A DNA stretch of 64,000 nt, taken from Thermoplasmata archaeon. GTDB taxonomy: Archaea; Thermoplasmatota; Thermoplasmata; GCA-020350865. The stretch covers positions 2,549,252 through 2,613,251 of the forward strand of contig CP070751.1 in NCBI GenBank assembly GCA_020348445.1, given 5' to 3'. Within the stretch, counting starts at the first letter, position 1. Every line of letters starts with the position of its first letter. The translations under genes and the position numbers were made by a program. Positions 17,860 through 26,887 of the stretch are shown piece by piece. The notes under the pieces are model-generated. The model was not told where the DNA came from. It made no database searches and saw only the letters and a program-made list of their open reading frames with translations.

Positions 17860-18135
17860 TCACTGGAAAATCCAACCACCCGCTTGTTGAGTAATGATGG
17901 TAATGGTATCCTTTTCAGGTTTGTGGCCCAGATCATTCAACTTCTTTGAAAACACATCATTATCGGAAATGGGCTGGCCCTTATAGATTAGCTGAATCAC
18001 CAAAGCCTGGTGAATCTTATAGGCATTTCTTAGGAGGTTCTTTGTGTCCTTGCATGATGCTTCCTTCGGCACGTTTACAGATTTCGTGCCCTGGTTTGGC
18101 GGCAAACCCATCATCCTAAACTTGTATCTTGGCAT
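17860..18135 (-). CDS. Ubiquitin-like protein with GG followed by a 4-aa propeptide (WIFQ)
   Basis: 91 aa; QLIYKGQPISD aligns with ubiquitin RLIFAGKQLED; DTITII aligns with STLHLV; GG at 17875-17880; first gene of the E1-E2-JAB operon. Confidence 0.9.
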   Translation of the reverse strand: MPRYKFRMMGLPPNQGTKSVNVPKEASCKDTKNLLRNAYKIHQALVIQLIYKGQPISDNDVFSKKLNDLGHKPEKDTITIITQQAGGWIFQ

Positions 18136-18269
18136 GGTCTCACCTTGATGTTGAATGGGGATAATGATAGATTAAGGTGTCGGTTGGGTGTTTTTCCCAC
18201 CTATCTATTATTCTTTGGATGAGGATAAAACCGATATCTGATCGTATAAAATAAGCGGTTCTTTTGCCT

Positions 18270-18989
18270 TTAGAACTCAGTTTTCTCAGTAATAACCCTT
18301 GTTACCTGAAACTCTCCATCACCATAAAGCAGGGTGTAATAATCTGGACTGTGGTTGGTACTCCTCATCTTAACGCATCTAATTCTTCTTTGTATTGTAA
18401 CGCCGTCCACGTTCTCCATTGTCAGGTGGATTATACCATCAGCCAGAAAATCCTCGCCGTATTTCCCGAAGTCCCTTGCACTCTGACTCATTTCTGAGAT
18501 TAGGATTGTGGTTGAGTCCAGTTCCTTTAGCCATTCAAAGAGGTGGAAAAGGTCGTTTCTCGGCTCCGCAAAGTTCGCCAAAAGCTCCAAAACGGGTAAG
18601 GTGTCTAGGACCAATATATCGTAATCCATGTTCTTTTTGAGATTCTGGGCGTACATCTTGAATATTTGAGCCCAGGTCTGCTGTCCCAGTTTATCCAGAT
18701 TCTTCCTAATCAGCGATAGATCCACCAAACTGATATTATCCTTCACCTCGTTGAAATTTAGTCCCATGGTTGCTATGTGATCCAGAAGACCCTCTCTGCT
18801 TTGCTCTAAAGTTATGTATGCACCTTTTAAGTTGTTCATTTGAGCGTTTTTGAATATTATGTAAAACGCTACCGAGGATTTCATGGTGCCAGGTTCACCC
18901 AAAATGAGAATATTGTGGCCCCGTGGAATCCCGCCATTCATCTTTTCATCAAATCCCTCAATATAGGTCTTGATACGCTCTTGCACCAT
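18270..18989 (-). CDS. KaiC/RAD55-family RecA-type ATPase
   Basis: GGIPRG, Walker A GEPGTMKS, YITLEQ, ILVLD, RRIRCVKMRST.H. Confidence 0.9.
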   Translation of the reverse strand: MVQERIKTYIEGFDEKMNGGIPRGHNILILGEPGTMKSSVAFYIIFKNAQMNNLKGAYITLEQSREGLLDHIATMGLNFNEVKDNISLVDLSLIRKNLDKLGQQTWAQIFKMYAQNLKKNMDYDILVLDTLPVLELLANFAEPRNDLFHLFEWLKELDSTTILISEMSQSARDFGKYGEDFLADGIIHLTMENVDGVTIQRRIRCVKMRSTNHSPDYYTLLYGDGEFQVTRVITEKTEF

Positions 18990-19195
18990 AGAGAATCACC
19001 CGCGAGGTCGGTAAATTAGATAATAGCTTATAAAATTTATGCAAAAAGAATCAAATAGTAAAAGGAGGGGGGGATTCGAGCCGTCGTAGGTGACCTTTGC
19101 TCAATGATACTGTTATGTGGCCTCCTACTGGTTCGAATCTCCATCAATTTAACGTTGCTTTTAATCCTCAGCTCTACTTGAATAAAAATGAAAAA

Positions 19196-19311
19196 CGCTG
19201 AGGAGGAGATTCGAACTCCCGCGGTGCAGAGCACCACCGGCTATCAGGGTCTTTTTCGTTTCGTTTGAACTCTCAAGGCCGGCGCCGTAAGCCTGGCTTA
19301 GCTACCTCAGC
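19196..19311 (-). tRNA. tRNA-Ser(UGA) with 29-nt intron at 37/38 (19243-19271)
   Basis: GCTGAGG/CCTCAGC acceptor stem, CCGGC-CTTGAG|A-GCCGG anticodon arm, GGTGC-TCT-GCACC variable arm, TTCGAAT T-loop, G discriminator. Confidence 0.92.
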
Positions 19312-19401
19312 ATTAAGCGAATCTCAGTCTGGGGGAGATAAGCCCAGGGCAAGTGGGGGCCAAAGGCCACCACGGGGACCTGGCTTAGCTACCTCAGCAT
19401 T
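19292..19401. repeat. 23-bp perfect direct repeat of the tRNA-Ser 5' end (19292-19314 and 19379-19401)
   Basis: CCTGGCTTAGCTACCTCAGCATT occurs twice, 87 bp apart. Confidence 0.92.
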
Positions 19402-19499
19402 CCTGTGCACTTTCAGCCATATATGGTGGATTGTTATCAAGTTTTCGTTTTTGAAGGAGAGAACCAAAAAACATATTTTCTTAAGGAAGGATTAAAATA

Positions 19500-21146
19500 T
19501 CATTCTCTATTTCTATGAACCATTAATTTCTCAACATCCAACTCGAATGCAGAAATGGGACTCGACAGATCAAAATTAGTAATGACCTGTGGGTGCAATT
19601 CACCGAAAAATCCCAAGGTCTCATCCCCAATTTCAACAGATGCACATCTTCCTTCTATGTAACTACCCCTATAAAGCGGATTAATGGTGTAAGGAATCCC
19701 CAAAGGCCTTAATATCCCCTCAACAAGGGATTTCACCTCAGTAAAACTGGCCTTTGGGTGTATTGAGACACCGGCCAGCTTGTACACATTATGTTCTTCT
19801 GGGACAGTTATTCCAACTTCAAAAATTTTTTGAGGAAGATCCCTGTGTCTATTGGCCTGTAGAGTTCGTAGGAGGCTAGGAAGCAAGGAAACCCTAAGGC
19901 AGCTGTGTTCCTCTGTTAGAGGGTCGTTGGCCAGGGCAACATCAATTGGCTCTACTCCCATTTTTTCGAACTGCTCCTTTATACTAGAGAGGGTGAGGGT
20001 CAGCACCTCGAAGAATCCATAGCCCACCATTATCATCCTCAATTTCCTACAAAATTCGATTATCTCCATGGGCCTTCCAAATGTCATAGCCGAGGGCAGC
20101 TCAGGCTCAAATTTCATGTAGCCATAACTAATGGCGATATCCTCCACCAAGTCGATAGGATGTAGAATATCACCCCTGTATGCTGGTACAAGGGTAGTTA
20201 TTATATCACCTTTTTTCTCTGCACCAAAGCGCATCTTTTCAAGATGTGAGGCCGCTTCATCCACAGAAATATTAATGCCCAGCATAGAATTGACATATCC
20301 CAAATCAAGGTCCATTTTCTCTGGTTCTAAGTTTGGGGTATTGATGCTCTCATCCTGATAAACAACCTCAACCTTCTCAATTTTTCCTCCCCGTTCAGCC
20401 AGTGCAGTTGCTATTATGTTCAATGCCTGGTTTACTGCATTCATGTCGGTGCCTGTTAGGTCTAAGAAGATATCCTTTGTGTCTTCGGTCACTGTAGTCA
20501 GAGTGCCATTGATTATGGGTGGAAATGAAAGGACCTCGTTGTTAGAATCTAGGATTATGGGATAGCGAGCAAAACCCTCCAATGTCCAGGCATAGTCCCG
20601 GCCTTTTTCGTGTTTTCTCAGAATCTCCTCCAAATCCATGGTCTCATTCTTTCCGAGGGGTACGAACTGGATGCTCTCAGGATCAACAGCCTTATAGGTG
20701 AATGGCGGGGTGATATCCCGATAGTCGTGGACCCCTATTGCCATCTTGGCTCTCTTTCTTCCCAAAGTGAGGTGCAGTTTCTCCTGCATATCCATTAAGG
20801 ATGTAATAAAAAAGTCTGTCATGGTTACGTCGCGAACAAGGCCGCTTACAATATAGGGTCTCACCTCATTTACAGTTGGATCAACTATGAGCTTGACATC
20901 AGACTCACCAATTGGATACTTCTTGAGTCCGGTCTCTAGTTCCAGATATCCTCTTAATGCTCTGGCCACTCCTTCCACAGAATATAAATCTGGCCTGTCA
21001 GGAAAGAATTCGATATCCATCTGCGTGTAATCTATCCTCCCAATATCGGCACCCATCATCGGGATGATTTCCTGGAGCTTCTCCATCTCGATTTTGGTGC
21101 CGAGAAGGTCTATTAGATCGTCGTATTCGATGGATATCACTGGCAT
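19500..21146 (-). CDS. pheT: Phenylalanine--tRNA ligase beta subunit (archaeal type)
   Basis: PDRPDLYSVEG.ARA, QEKLH...GR.R, FPPIING, YR.DILHPIDLVEDIAI.YGY. Confidence 0.96.
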   Translation of the reverse strand: MPVISIEYDDLIDLLGTKIEMEKLQEIIPMMGADIGRIDYTQMDIEFFPDRPDLYSVEGVARALRGYLELETGLKKYPIGESDVKLIVDPTVNEVRPYIVSGLVRDVTMTDFFITSLMDMQEKLHLTLGRKRAKMAIGVHDYRDITPPFTYKAVDPESIQFVPLGKNETMDLEEILRKHEKGRDYAWTLEGFARYPIILDSNNEVLSFPPIINGTLTTVTEDTKDIFLDLTGTDMNAVNQALNIIATALAERGGKIEKVEVVYQDESINTPNLEPEKMDLDLGYVNSMLGINISVDEAASHLEKMRFGAEKKGDIITTLVPAYRGDILHPIDLVEDIAISYGYMKFEPELPSAMTFGRPMEIIEFCRKLRMIMVGYGFFEVLTLTLSSIKEQFEKMGVEPIDVALANDPLTEEHSCLRVSLLPSLLRTLQANRHRDLPQKIFEVGITVPEEHNVYKLAGVSIHPKASFTEVKSLVEGILRPLGIPYTINPLYRGSYIEGRCASVEIGDETLGFFGELHPQVITNFDLSSPISAFELDVEKLMVHRNRE

Positions 21147-21311
21147 TAATATCGGATAAGGAAAAGGCTTGATGGTATATTTTTGTTTTGATTAAGGGCT
21201 TTAATCTTCAGAAACAAGGGAATAACTCCTCATTCCCCCAATTTTTAAATATTTTAAATGTGTTAATCATATAGGTCTTATAAAACCCAAACTCTACGGG
21301 GAGGTAATTCT

Positions 21312-23849
21312 ATGGGACGGATAGGTAAGAAATTATATGGTACACAAGATATCAAGCAAGCAAATAATAATTTTCAAATATGGATTGTAATATTTTTGGT
21401 TGTATTAAGTTCAATATCCACTCATTGTTTAATAACAAAATCAAAAGCTGCCCCTATCATAATCGATGAGGACAGCAATGGATATTGGGAGGATTATTTT
21501 GAGGATAACAAAGGGATCGAAACATGGGATAACATAGAACTGAATATGGGTGAGATTCGACTGATGGATATGTTATATGAGAATTTTACAGGACCTACCG
21601 GAACATACCCTGATGATAAAAAATGGGATATCATCCATCAAGGTGGAACTTTTGAAATAAACAATAACCGCATGAGATCCTCTGATTCCCCTCCCTATGG
21701 AACCTGGCACAATATGAAGGTCCAGACAAAATCGGATTTTAAACTGCCACACACCCTCACATGGAGGCAGCAGCTTCAGACCGTTGGAGGTGGTATGTAT
21801 TATCATTTCCGCGTTCAAAATGCATCAAGTGGTAATTCATTGTTGGGTATCTATCAGAATTATTTGGGAAATTACGGAGTTTATAATTACTATACCTCAA
21901 GTGGAACTTCGATGGGTTCTTCAGTCTCTGGCTGGCACGATTACAAGGTTACCTTCAATGGTGGTTATTTAGAAATTTATATGGATGATGTATTAAAATT
22001 TTCTTATGACTATTTTGATGTGCAATCGGTTAGGTATCAAATCGGTATGGATATACTAGATCCAGCCTCTGCAACAATTTATACTGATGATATTCAAATC
22101 ACTTCAGGTATCACATCTGGCAATCTAACCTCCACAGAAATCGTAATCCCAAAGGATCAGACATGGGAATCCTTGGAGGTCGATAAACTGGAACCGGTAA
22201 ATGGAAATACTATTAATGTGTCGGTTCTTGATGGCATTACCTTCCTTGCAATTCCGGGATTTGATAATCTCAATGCATCTACTATTAATTTATCCTCAAT
22301 TGACCCGACAACCTATCCCACCATACGGTTAAAAGCCCATTTTACAGGATACGACAATCGCACACCAGTTCTTTATGGGTGGAAGGTTACATGGGCCGAT
22401 ACCATAGCGCCCTCGCCTCCTTCAGGTTTGACTGTAAATGATCCTTATTCTGGTGATTCACTTAATATCAGTTGGGACCCCAACCCGGAGCCTGATGTTG
22501 TATATTATTATTTGGATTACAGCACCGACAATGTTACATTTTATAGACTTGCCAATATCGATAAGAACACATTCTCATTCATTCATTCAAACCTCTTAAC
22601 CGGAATTGAATACTATTACAAAATTGCAGCTGTAGATGAGATACCGAATCAGTCACCGTTTTCAGAGGTGAAGAGCACCATCTTAGACATCGATTCAGAT
22701 GGGGATGGTATTGGCAATAGAATCGATGACGATATCGATGGCGATACAGTACCAAATTCCATTGATGAATACCCTTATAACGAAAATGAGTGGATTGACT
22801 CGGATGGTGACGGTATCGCTGACAATGCAGATTTGGACGATGACAATGACAGTTATGATGATACCATCGATGATTTTCCATTCAATTCAAGTGAATGGAA
22901 GGATACTGATTGCGATGGTATAGGAAATAACGCTGATCTCGATGATGATAACGATGGAATCCCTGATATCTCTGATATGTATCCCTTCAATGATGCAAAT
23001 GATATTGAGGAGAGAATCGATGATCTTTCAGCAGAACTTACCAGCGTAAATGACTCCCTTTTTAATAGGATATCTGAGACCGAAATCAACATATTGAATA
23101 GGTTGGATAACCTCAACTGGAGCCCTATACTGAACTATATCGAAGGGATGAATGATTCTTTATCTTCAGAGATCCAGGATATACTGAACAGTATAACAGA
23201 TGACGTAATCGAATTGAACTCTTCTCTTTCAGATGAATTAACTATGCTCCTTGACAGTCTGAAAAACGATAACGATGCTTTAAGAGCATGGCTTGAATTG
23301 GTAACCAACGAATTGAACTCCCAGTTGACTGCTGCAAGCGATATCCTTTATAACCAATCGAATGAACTGGATGACTCTGATAATAATATTGAAATAATCA
23401 ACAACACCCTGGCGAATCTAACAAAGCTTGATAACATATTATCACAGCTTCTTGATCTTGACAGTGCATTGAAGGATGTTAACGATGATTTAAAGACAAA
23501 GGCAGAGGATAAATCAAAAGAAGAGGAAATAGAGGATAGGATTCGATTATTGGAATTTTTCATTTTCATTGTGCTTTTATTATTGATCGTTAATTTAGTA
23601 GTGACATCTATCAGTTTATTAAGAAAGAAAATCCAAAAAGATACCAAGATTTCTGAGAGTTATAACAAAGTCGAACCTGAGCCTTTAGAGTCCTTTACCC
23701 TGGCATCAGAACCTGAGGAACCTAAAGAGATTATCAAGGAGAATAAAATCAAAGAAGAGGAACCTACACCACAAACACAATCTACACCCCCTTTTCCACC
23801 TCCCCCACCTCCTCCTCCACCACCTCCAAATGAAGAGGTGATAGAATGA
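21312..23849 (+). CDS. Single-pass surface protein: beta-sandwich, FN3, thrombospondin type 3-like Ca-binding repeats, coiled coil, TM, polyproline tail (paralog 1)
   Basis: Signal region; PSPPSGL...W...YYYKIAAVD FN3; repeated DxDGDGIxxxxDxDDDxD; Leu/Ile heptads; TM; PPFPPPPPPPPPP. Confidence 0.8.
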   Translation: MGRIGKKLYGTQDIKQANNNFQIWIVIFLVVLSSISTHCLITKSKAAPIIIDEDSNGYWEDYFEDNKGIETWDNIELNMGEIRLMDMLYENFTGPTGTYPDDKKWDIIHQGGTFEINNNRMRSSDSPPYGTWHNMKVQTKSDFKLPHTLTWRQQLQTVGGGMYYHFRVQNASSGNSLLGIYQNYLGNYGVYNYYTSSGTSMGSSVSGWHDYKVTFNGGYLEIYMDDVLKFSYDYFDVQSVRYQIGMDILDPASATIYTDDIQITSGITSGNLTSTEIVIPKDQTWESLEVDKLEPVNGNTINVSVLDGITFLAIPGFDNLNASTINLSSIDPTTYPTIRLKAHFTGYDNRTPVLYGWKVTWADTIAPSPPSGLTVNDPYSGDSLNISWDPNPEPDVVYYYLDYSTDNVTFYRLANIDKNTFSFIHSNLLTGIEYYYKIAAVDEIPNQSPFSEVKSTILDIDSDGDGIGNRIDDDIDGDTVPNSIDEYPYNENEWIDSDGDGIADNADLDDDNDSYDDTIDDFPFNSSEWKDTDCDGIGNNADLDDDNDGIPDISDMYPFNDANDIEERIDDLSAELTSVNDSLFNRISETEINILNRLDNLNWSPILNYIEGMNDSLSSEIQDILNSITDDVIELNSSLSDELTMLLDSLKNDNDALRAWLELVTNELNSQLTAASDILYNQSNELDDSDNNIEIINNTLANLTKLDNILSQLLDLDSALKDVNDDLKTKAEDKSKEEEIEDRIRLLEFFIFIVLLLLIVNLVVTSISLLRKKIQKDTKISESYNKVEPEPLESFTLASEPEEPKEIIKENKIKEEEPTPQTQSTPPFPPPPPPPPPPPNEEVIE

Positions 23850-26293
23850 TAGGCAATATAAATAACAAGAAATCAATGGCAATTGGTGTTCTTTTATTAC
23901 TCGGTTTTTTAAGTTTGTCATGCATAACCAATTTAGCAAAGGGAGTACCAGTTATCCATGAGGAGGACAGCTATGGAAGTTGGGAGGATACCTTCAATGA
24001 TACAACAGGAATAGCCCTGTGGGATAATATCGAAACCTGCGGGTATGGTCTTAAATTGATGGACATGTTCTACGATAACTTCACAGGTTTGGAAGGAGAT
24101 CCACCAGACGCCTTGAAATGGGATATTTTCGATGAAGGATATGTACTATGGAAAAGTGGTAATATACTGAGGGTTGAGGCTAATCCCCCGGGATCATCCT
24201 GGAGAGCTGAGATGATTCAAACCAATGATTCCTTTACAGAAAATCATACCCTCACATGGTCCCAGGTTCTTCAAACTGTAACCAGCGGGATGTACTACCA
24301 TTTCTATATTTCTAATGCCACTGATGGCAGTTGGCTTCTTTGCCTCTATCAGAACTCAGCAGGACAATACATGGTCTGGAACAACATCACATCATCAGGT
24401 GTGCAAATAGGAACCAGTGTTACCGGATGGCATGATTACAAAGTGGTTTTCACTGATGGTTTCATTGAATTCTATTATGATGGTGTAAAAGAGCACGAAT
24501 ATGATTTCCAGGTGGATTCTGTCAGATACCGTTTCGGGATTCTTGTGCAGAGTGCCTGGACCAGATCTCCTCTAGACGAGATCCATATAAGCTCGGGCAT
24601 CACAACAGGGAATCTGACATCATCTGAAATCACCCTGCCTTCGGGCTATACCTGGGACTCTCTCTATTTAAATAAAACTGTCATTGGAGATGACAATTTC
24701 CTGAATGCGACAATTTTGGATGGAGTAACATATCAGCCAATTTTAGGATATGAACATCTCACTGGAGCAAATATCGACATCTCTGGGATTGATGAGGGGG
24801 TGCACCCTACCATACGATTAAGAGCGCATTTTGTTGGCAACGGTACCCACTCGCCCTATCTTTCTGGATGGAAGGTATTATGGACAGATACCATAGCCCC
24901 GGAAAAACCAACTGGTTTTACTGTATCTGATCCAAGGACCGGAAATTCCCTTATTCTTGATTGGAATCCAAATATCGATCCCGATATTGTAAATTATGTT
25001 TTGTATTACAGTTTAGATAATTCAACATTTATCTGGCTTGCTAATGTTATCTTGGGATCGGAATCATTCACACACTACGGACTTTCCACCCATACCACCT
25101 ACTATTACAAGATCGCAGCAGCTGATGAGATGCCCAATCAATCACCGTTTTCTGATGTGTCATCAGGAATCCCCGATATCGATACCGATTGTGATGGCAT
25201 AGGTAACCTCATGGATGGCGATGATGACGGTGATACAGTTTTAGATTCTAATGATGACTTTCCATTAAATCCCAATGAAAATATCGATACTGACGGTGAT
25301 GGAATAGGAAATCATGCAGATTATGATGATGACGATGATAGTTATTTGGATGTGAACGATGAATTTCCATTAAATGATACAGAATGGCTGGATACAGATC
25401 ATGACGGTGTGGGTAACAATATGGATCCAGATGACGACAATGACGGCGTACCCGATATATCAGATCCCAACCCGCTCAGCAATATCAATGACCTAGATGC
25501 AAAAATCGATGCCCTTCTTTTACAAATTTCCACCATCAATGCATCCCTTCAAAGCGAAATCTTGGGTGCTGAGTCAGATATCCTGGGTAAAATAGATGAA
25601 ATCGATAATGCGGACATACTTACCCATTTGAAAGAAACGAATGTTACATTGTATTATGAGTTGCAAAATCTACTGGATAGCATTACAGATGAAGTCATAG
25701 AAATAAATAATTCACTTTCCCACCAACTTACAGCACTTTTGTTAAACATGACTGATGATAATGATGCACTGAGAATATGGCTTGAAATCATCCTGAACGA
25801 GTTAAATACCAATTTAACTGCAACAAATGATTTCTTGGACAATCAGCTGAAAGATATCCAGGATTCGAATCAAAGATTAAGTATTATCAGGAATACTCTG
25901 GATGATCTTCTAAAATTGGATAATATTCTTTCGAACATAACATTACTAACTCAAACATTACAGGATGTAAACGATGATCTGTCCGAATCCATTGAAGATA
26001 AATCCAAGGAGGAGGATATCGAGGATAGGGTACAGTTTTTGGAGTTGTTAATAATCCTGGTTCTGATCTTAGGTAGCGTTAATCTGATACTTTCTGTCCT
26101 GGTTGTGATGCTTAAAAAATCCGAACCCAAAGATTTGGCATTAAATAAGGGACCGAAAGAAGGAGAACAAACTCAGAAAAAGGATTTAGAAACATCGAGA
26201 GAAACAAGCAAATCATCAGAAAAGATAATTGAAGAGGACAGTCCACCACCTCCACCACCTCCACCACCTCCTCCACTGATAGAATGGGAATGA
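23846..26293 (+). CDS. Tandem paralog 2 of the TSP3-repeat surface protein
   Basis: Same domain order; shared motifs (SGITxGNLTSxEI, PTIRLxAHF, AxDExPNQSPFS); ATGA overlap; P10 tail. Confidence 0.8.
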   Translation: MIGNINNKKSMAIGVLLLLGFLSLSCITNLAKGVPVIHEEDSYGSWEDTFNDTTGIALWDNIETCGYGLKLMDMFYDNFTGLEGDPPDALKWDIFDEGYVLWKSGNILRVEANPPGSSWRAEMIQTNDSFTENHTLTWSQVLQTVTSGMYYHFYISNATDGSWLLCLYQNSAGQYMVWNNITSSGVQIGTSVTGWHDYKVVFTDGFIEFYYDGVKEHEYDFQVDSVRYRFGILVQSAWTRSPLDEIHISSGITTGNLTSSEITLPSGYTWDSLYLNKTVIGDDNFLNATILDGVTYQPILGYEHLTGANIDISGIDEGVHPTIRLRAHFVGNGTHSPYLSGWKVLWTDTIAPEKPTGFTVSDPRTGNSLILDWNPNIDPDIVNYVLYYSLDNSTFIWLANVILGSESFTHYGLSTHTTYYYKIAAADEMPNQSPFSDVSSGIPDIDTDCDGIGNLMDGDDDGDTVLDSNDDFPLNPNENIDTDGDGIGNHADYDDDDDSYLDVNDEFPLNDTEWLDTDHDGVGNNMDPDDDNDGVPDISDPNPLSNINDLDAKIDALLLQISTINASLQSEILGAESDILGKIDEIDNADILTHLKETNVTLYYELQNLLDSITDEVIEINNSLSHQLTALLLNMTDDNDALRIWLEIILNELNTNLTATNDFLDNQLKDIQDSNQRLSIIRNTLDDLLKLDNILSNITLLTQTLQDVNDDLSESIEDKSKEEDIEDRVQFLELLIILVLILGSVNLILSVLVVMLKKSEPKDLALNKGPKEGEQTQKKDLETSRETSKSSEKIIEEDSPPPPPPPPPPPLIEWE

Positions 26294-26329
26294 TAACTAC
26301 ACTCGGTCTATTAAAAGTTTAGGGATGGT

Positions 26330-26887
26330 TCATCCCCATCTCTCGAATAACTCGTTCTCTATACCCATCACATCCAATACCTTCCCAAGAACATGACTCA
26401 CCATGTCATCAATGGATTTTGGCTGTGAATAAAAGGAGAGCACAGGTGGTAAAATAACACCTCCAGCCTTTGTCACACGAGACATGTTCTTTATATGTAT
26501 CAGGCTCAAAGGGGTCTCCCTTGCCACCAAAACCAGCTTCCTTCTCTCCTTCAAGCATACATCCGCTGATCTTAACAAGAGATTGTCAGAATATCCTGAT
26601 GCGATTCCAGCCAGGGTTTTCATGCTGCAAGGGATTATCACCATTCCATCTGTTTTAAATGAGCCTGATGCACAGGGTGCAAACAAATCCTTATTGTCAT
26701 AAGCATATGTGGCCAGTTTTTTTACATCCTCAACCTTGTACTCGGTCTCGTGAGTAATGAGACTTTCAGCTGGGAGGGTGATGATCAAGTGCGTCTCATA
26801 GTCATTATCCTTTAAAAATTCTAGGAGTCTGATTCCCAGGATAGCTCCCGAACTTCCTGAGATACCAACAATAAGGGTCTTACCCAT
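26330..26887 (-). CDS. ubiX: Flavin prenyltransferase UbiX (start MGKT at 26887)
   Basis: VGISGSSG, ASGSF, PCSMKTLA, LKERRKLVLVARETPL. Confidence 0.95.
   Translation of the reverse strand: MGKTLIVGISGSSGAILGIRLLEFLKDNDYETHLIITLPAESLITHETEYKVEDVKKLATYAYDNKDLFAPCASGSFKTDGMVIIPCSMKTLAGIASGYSDNLLLRSADVCLKERRKLVLVARETPLSLIHIKNMSRVTKAGGVILPPVLSFYSQPKSIDDMVSHVLGKVLDVMGIENELFERWG

Noticed and set aside
17850-17936. ORF-track N-terminal extension of E1 (MIWATNL...)
   Set aside because: It overlaps the Ubl C-terminus in another frame; homology begins at MARYARH (17849), 10 nt after the Ubl stop.
12717-18135. SAMP/ThiS-MoaD sulfur-carrier operon or bacterial Bil-type system
   Set aside because: A catalytic E2, a RING E3 and a Uba3-like catalytic Cys region do not fit sulfur transfer, and Bil-type systems lack a RING E3.
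18270-18989. KaiC-like ATPase as part of the ubiquitin operon
   Set aside because: It is co-directional, but a 134-nt gap with AT-rich promoter-like sequence separates them and such ATPases are common paralogs; no evidence of linkage.
11419-19311. Ubiquitin locus as a tRNA-integrated genomic island
   Set aside because: The two flanking tRNAs are different, no integrase or island-spanning att repeat is seen, and housekeeping uppS lies inside.
19265-19495. ORF with a repeated PGLATSA peptide
   Set aside because: It is antisense to tRNA-Ser; the peptide repeat simply reflects the 87-bp DNA duplication.
21312-26293. CRISPR-like or mobile repeats in the DxDxDG and CCACCT regions
   Set aside because: The repeats are in-frame coding repeats (Ca-binding loops, polyproline) with no repeat-spacer structure.
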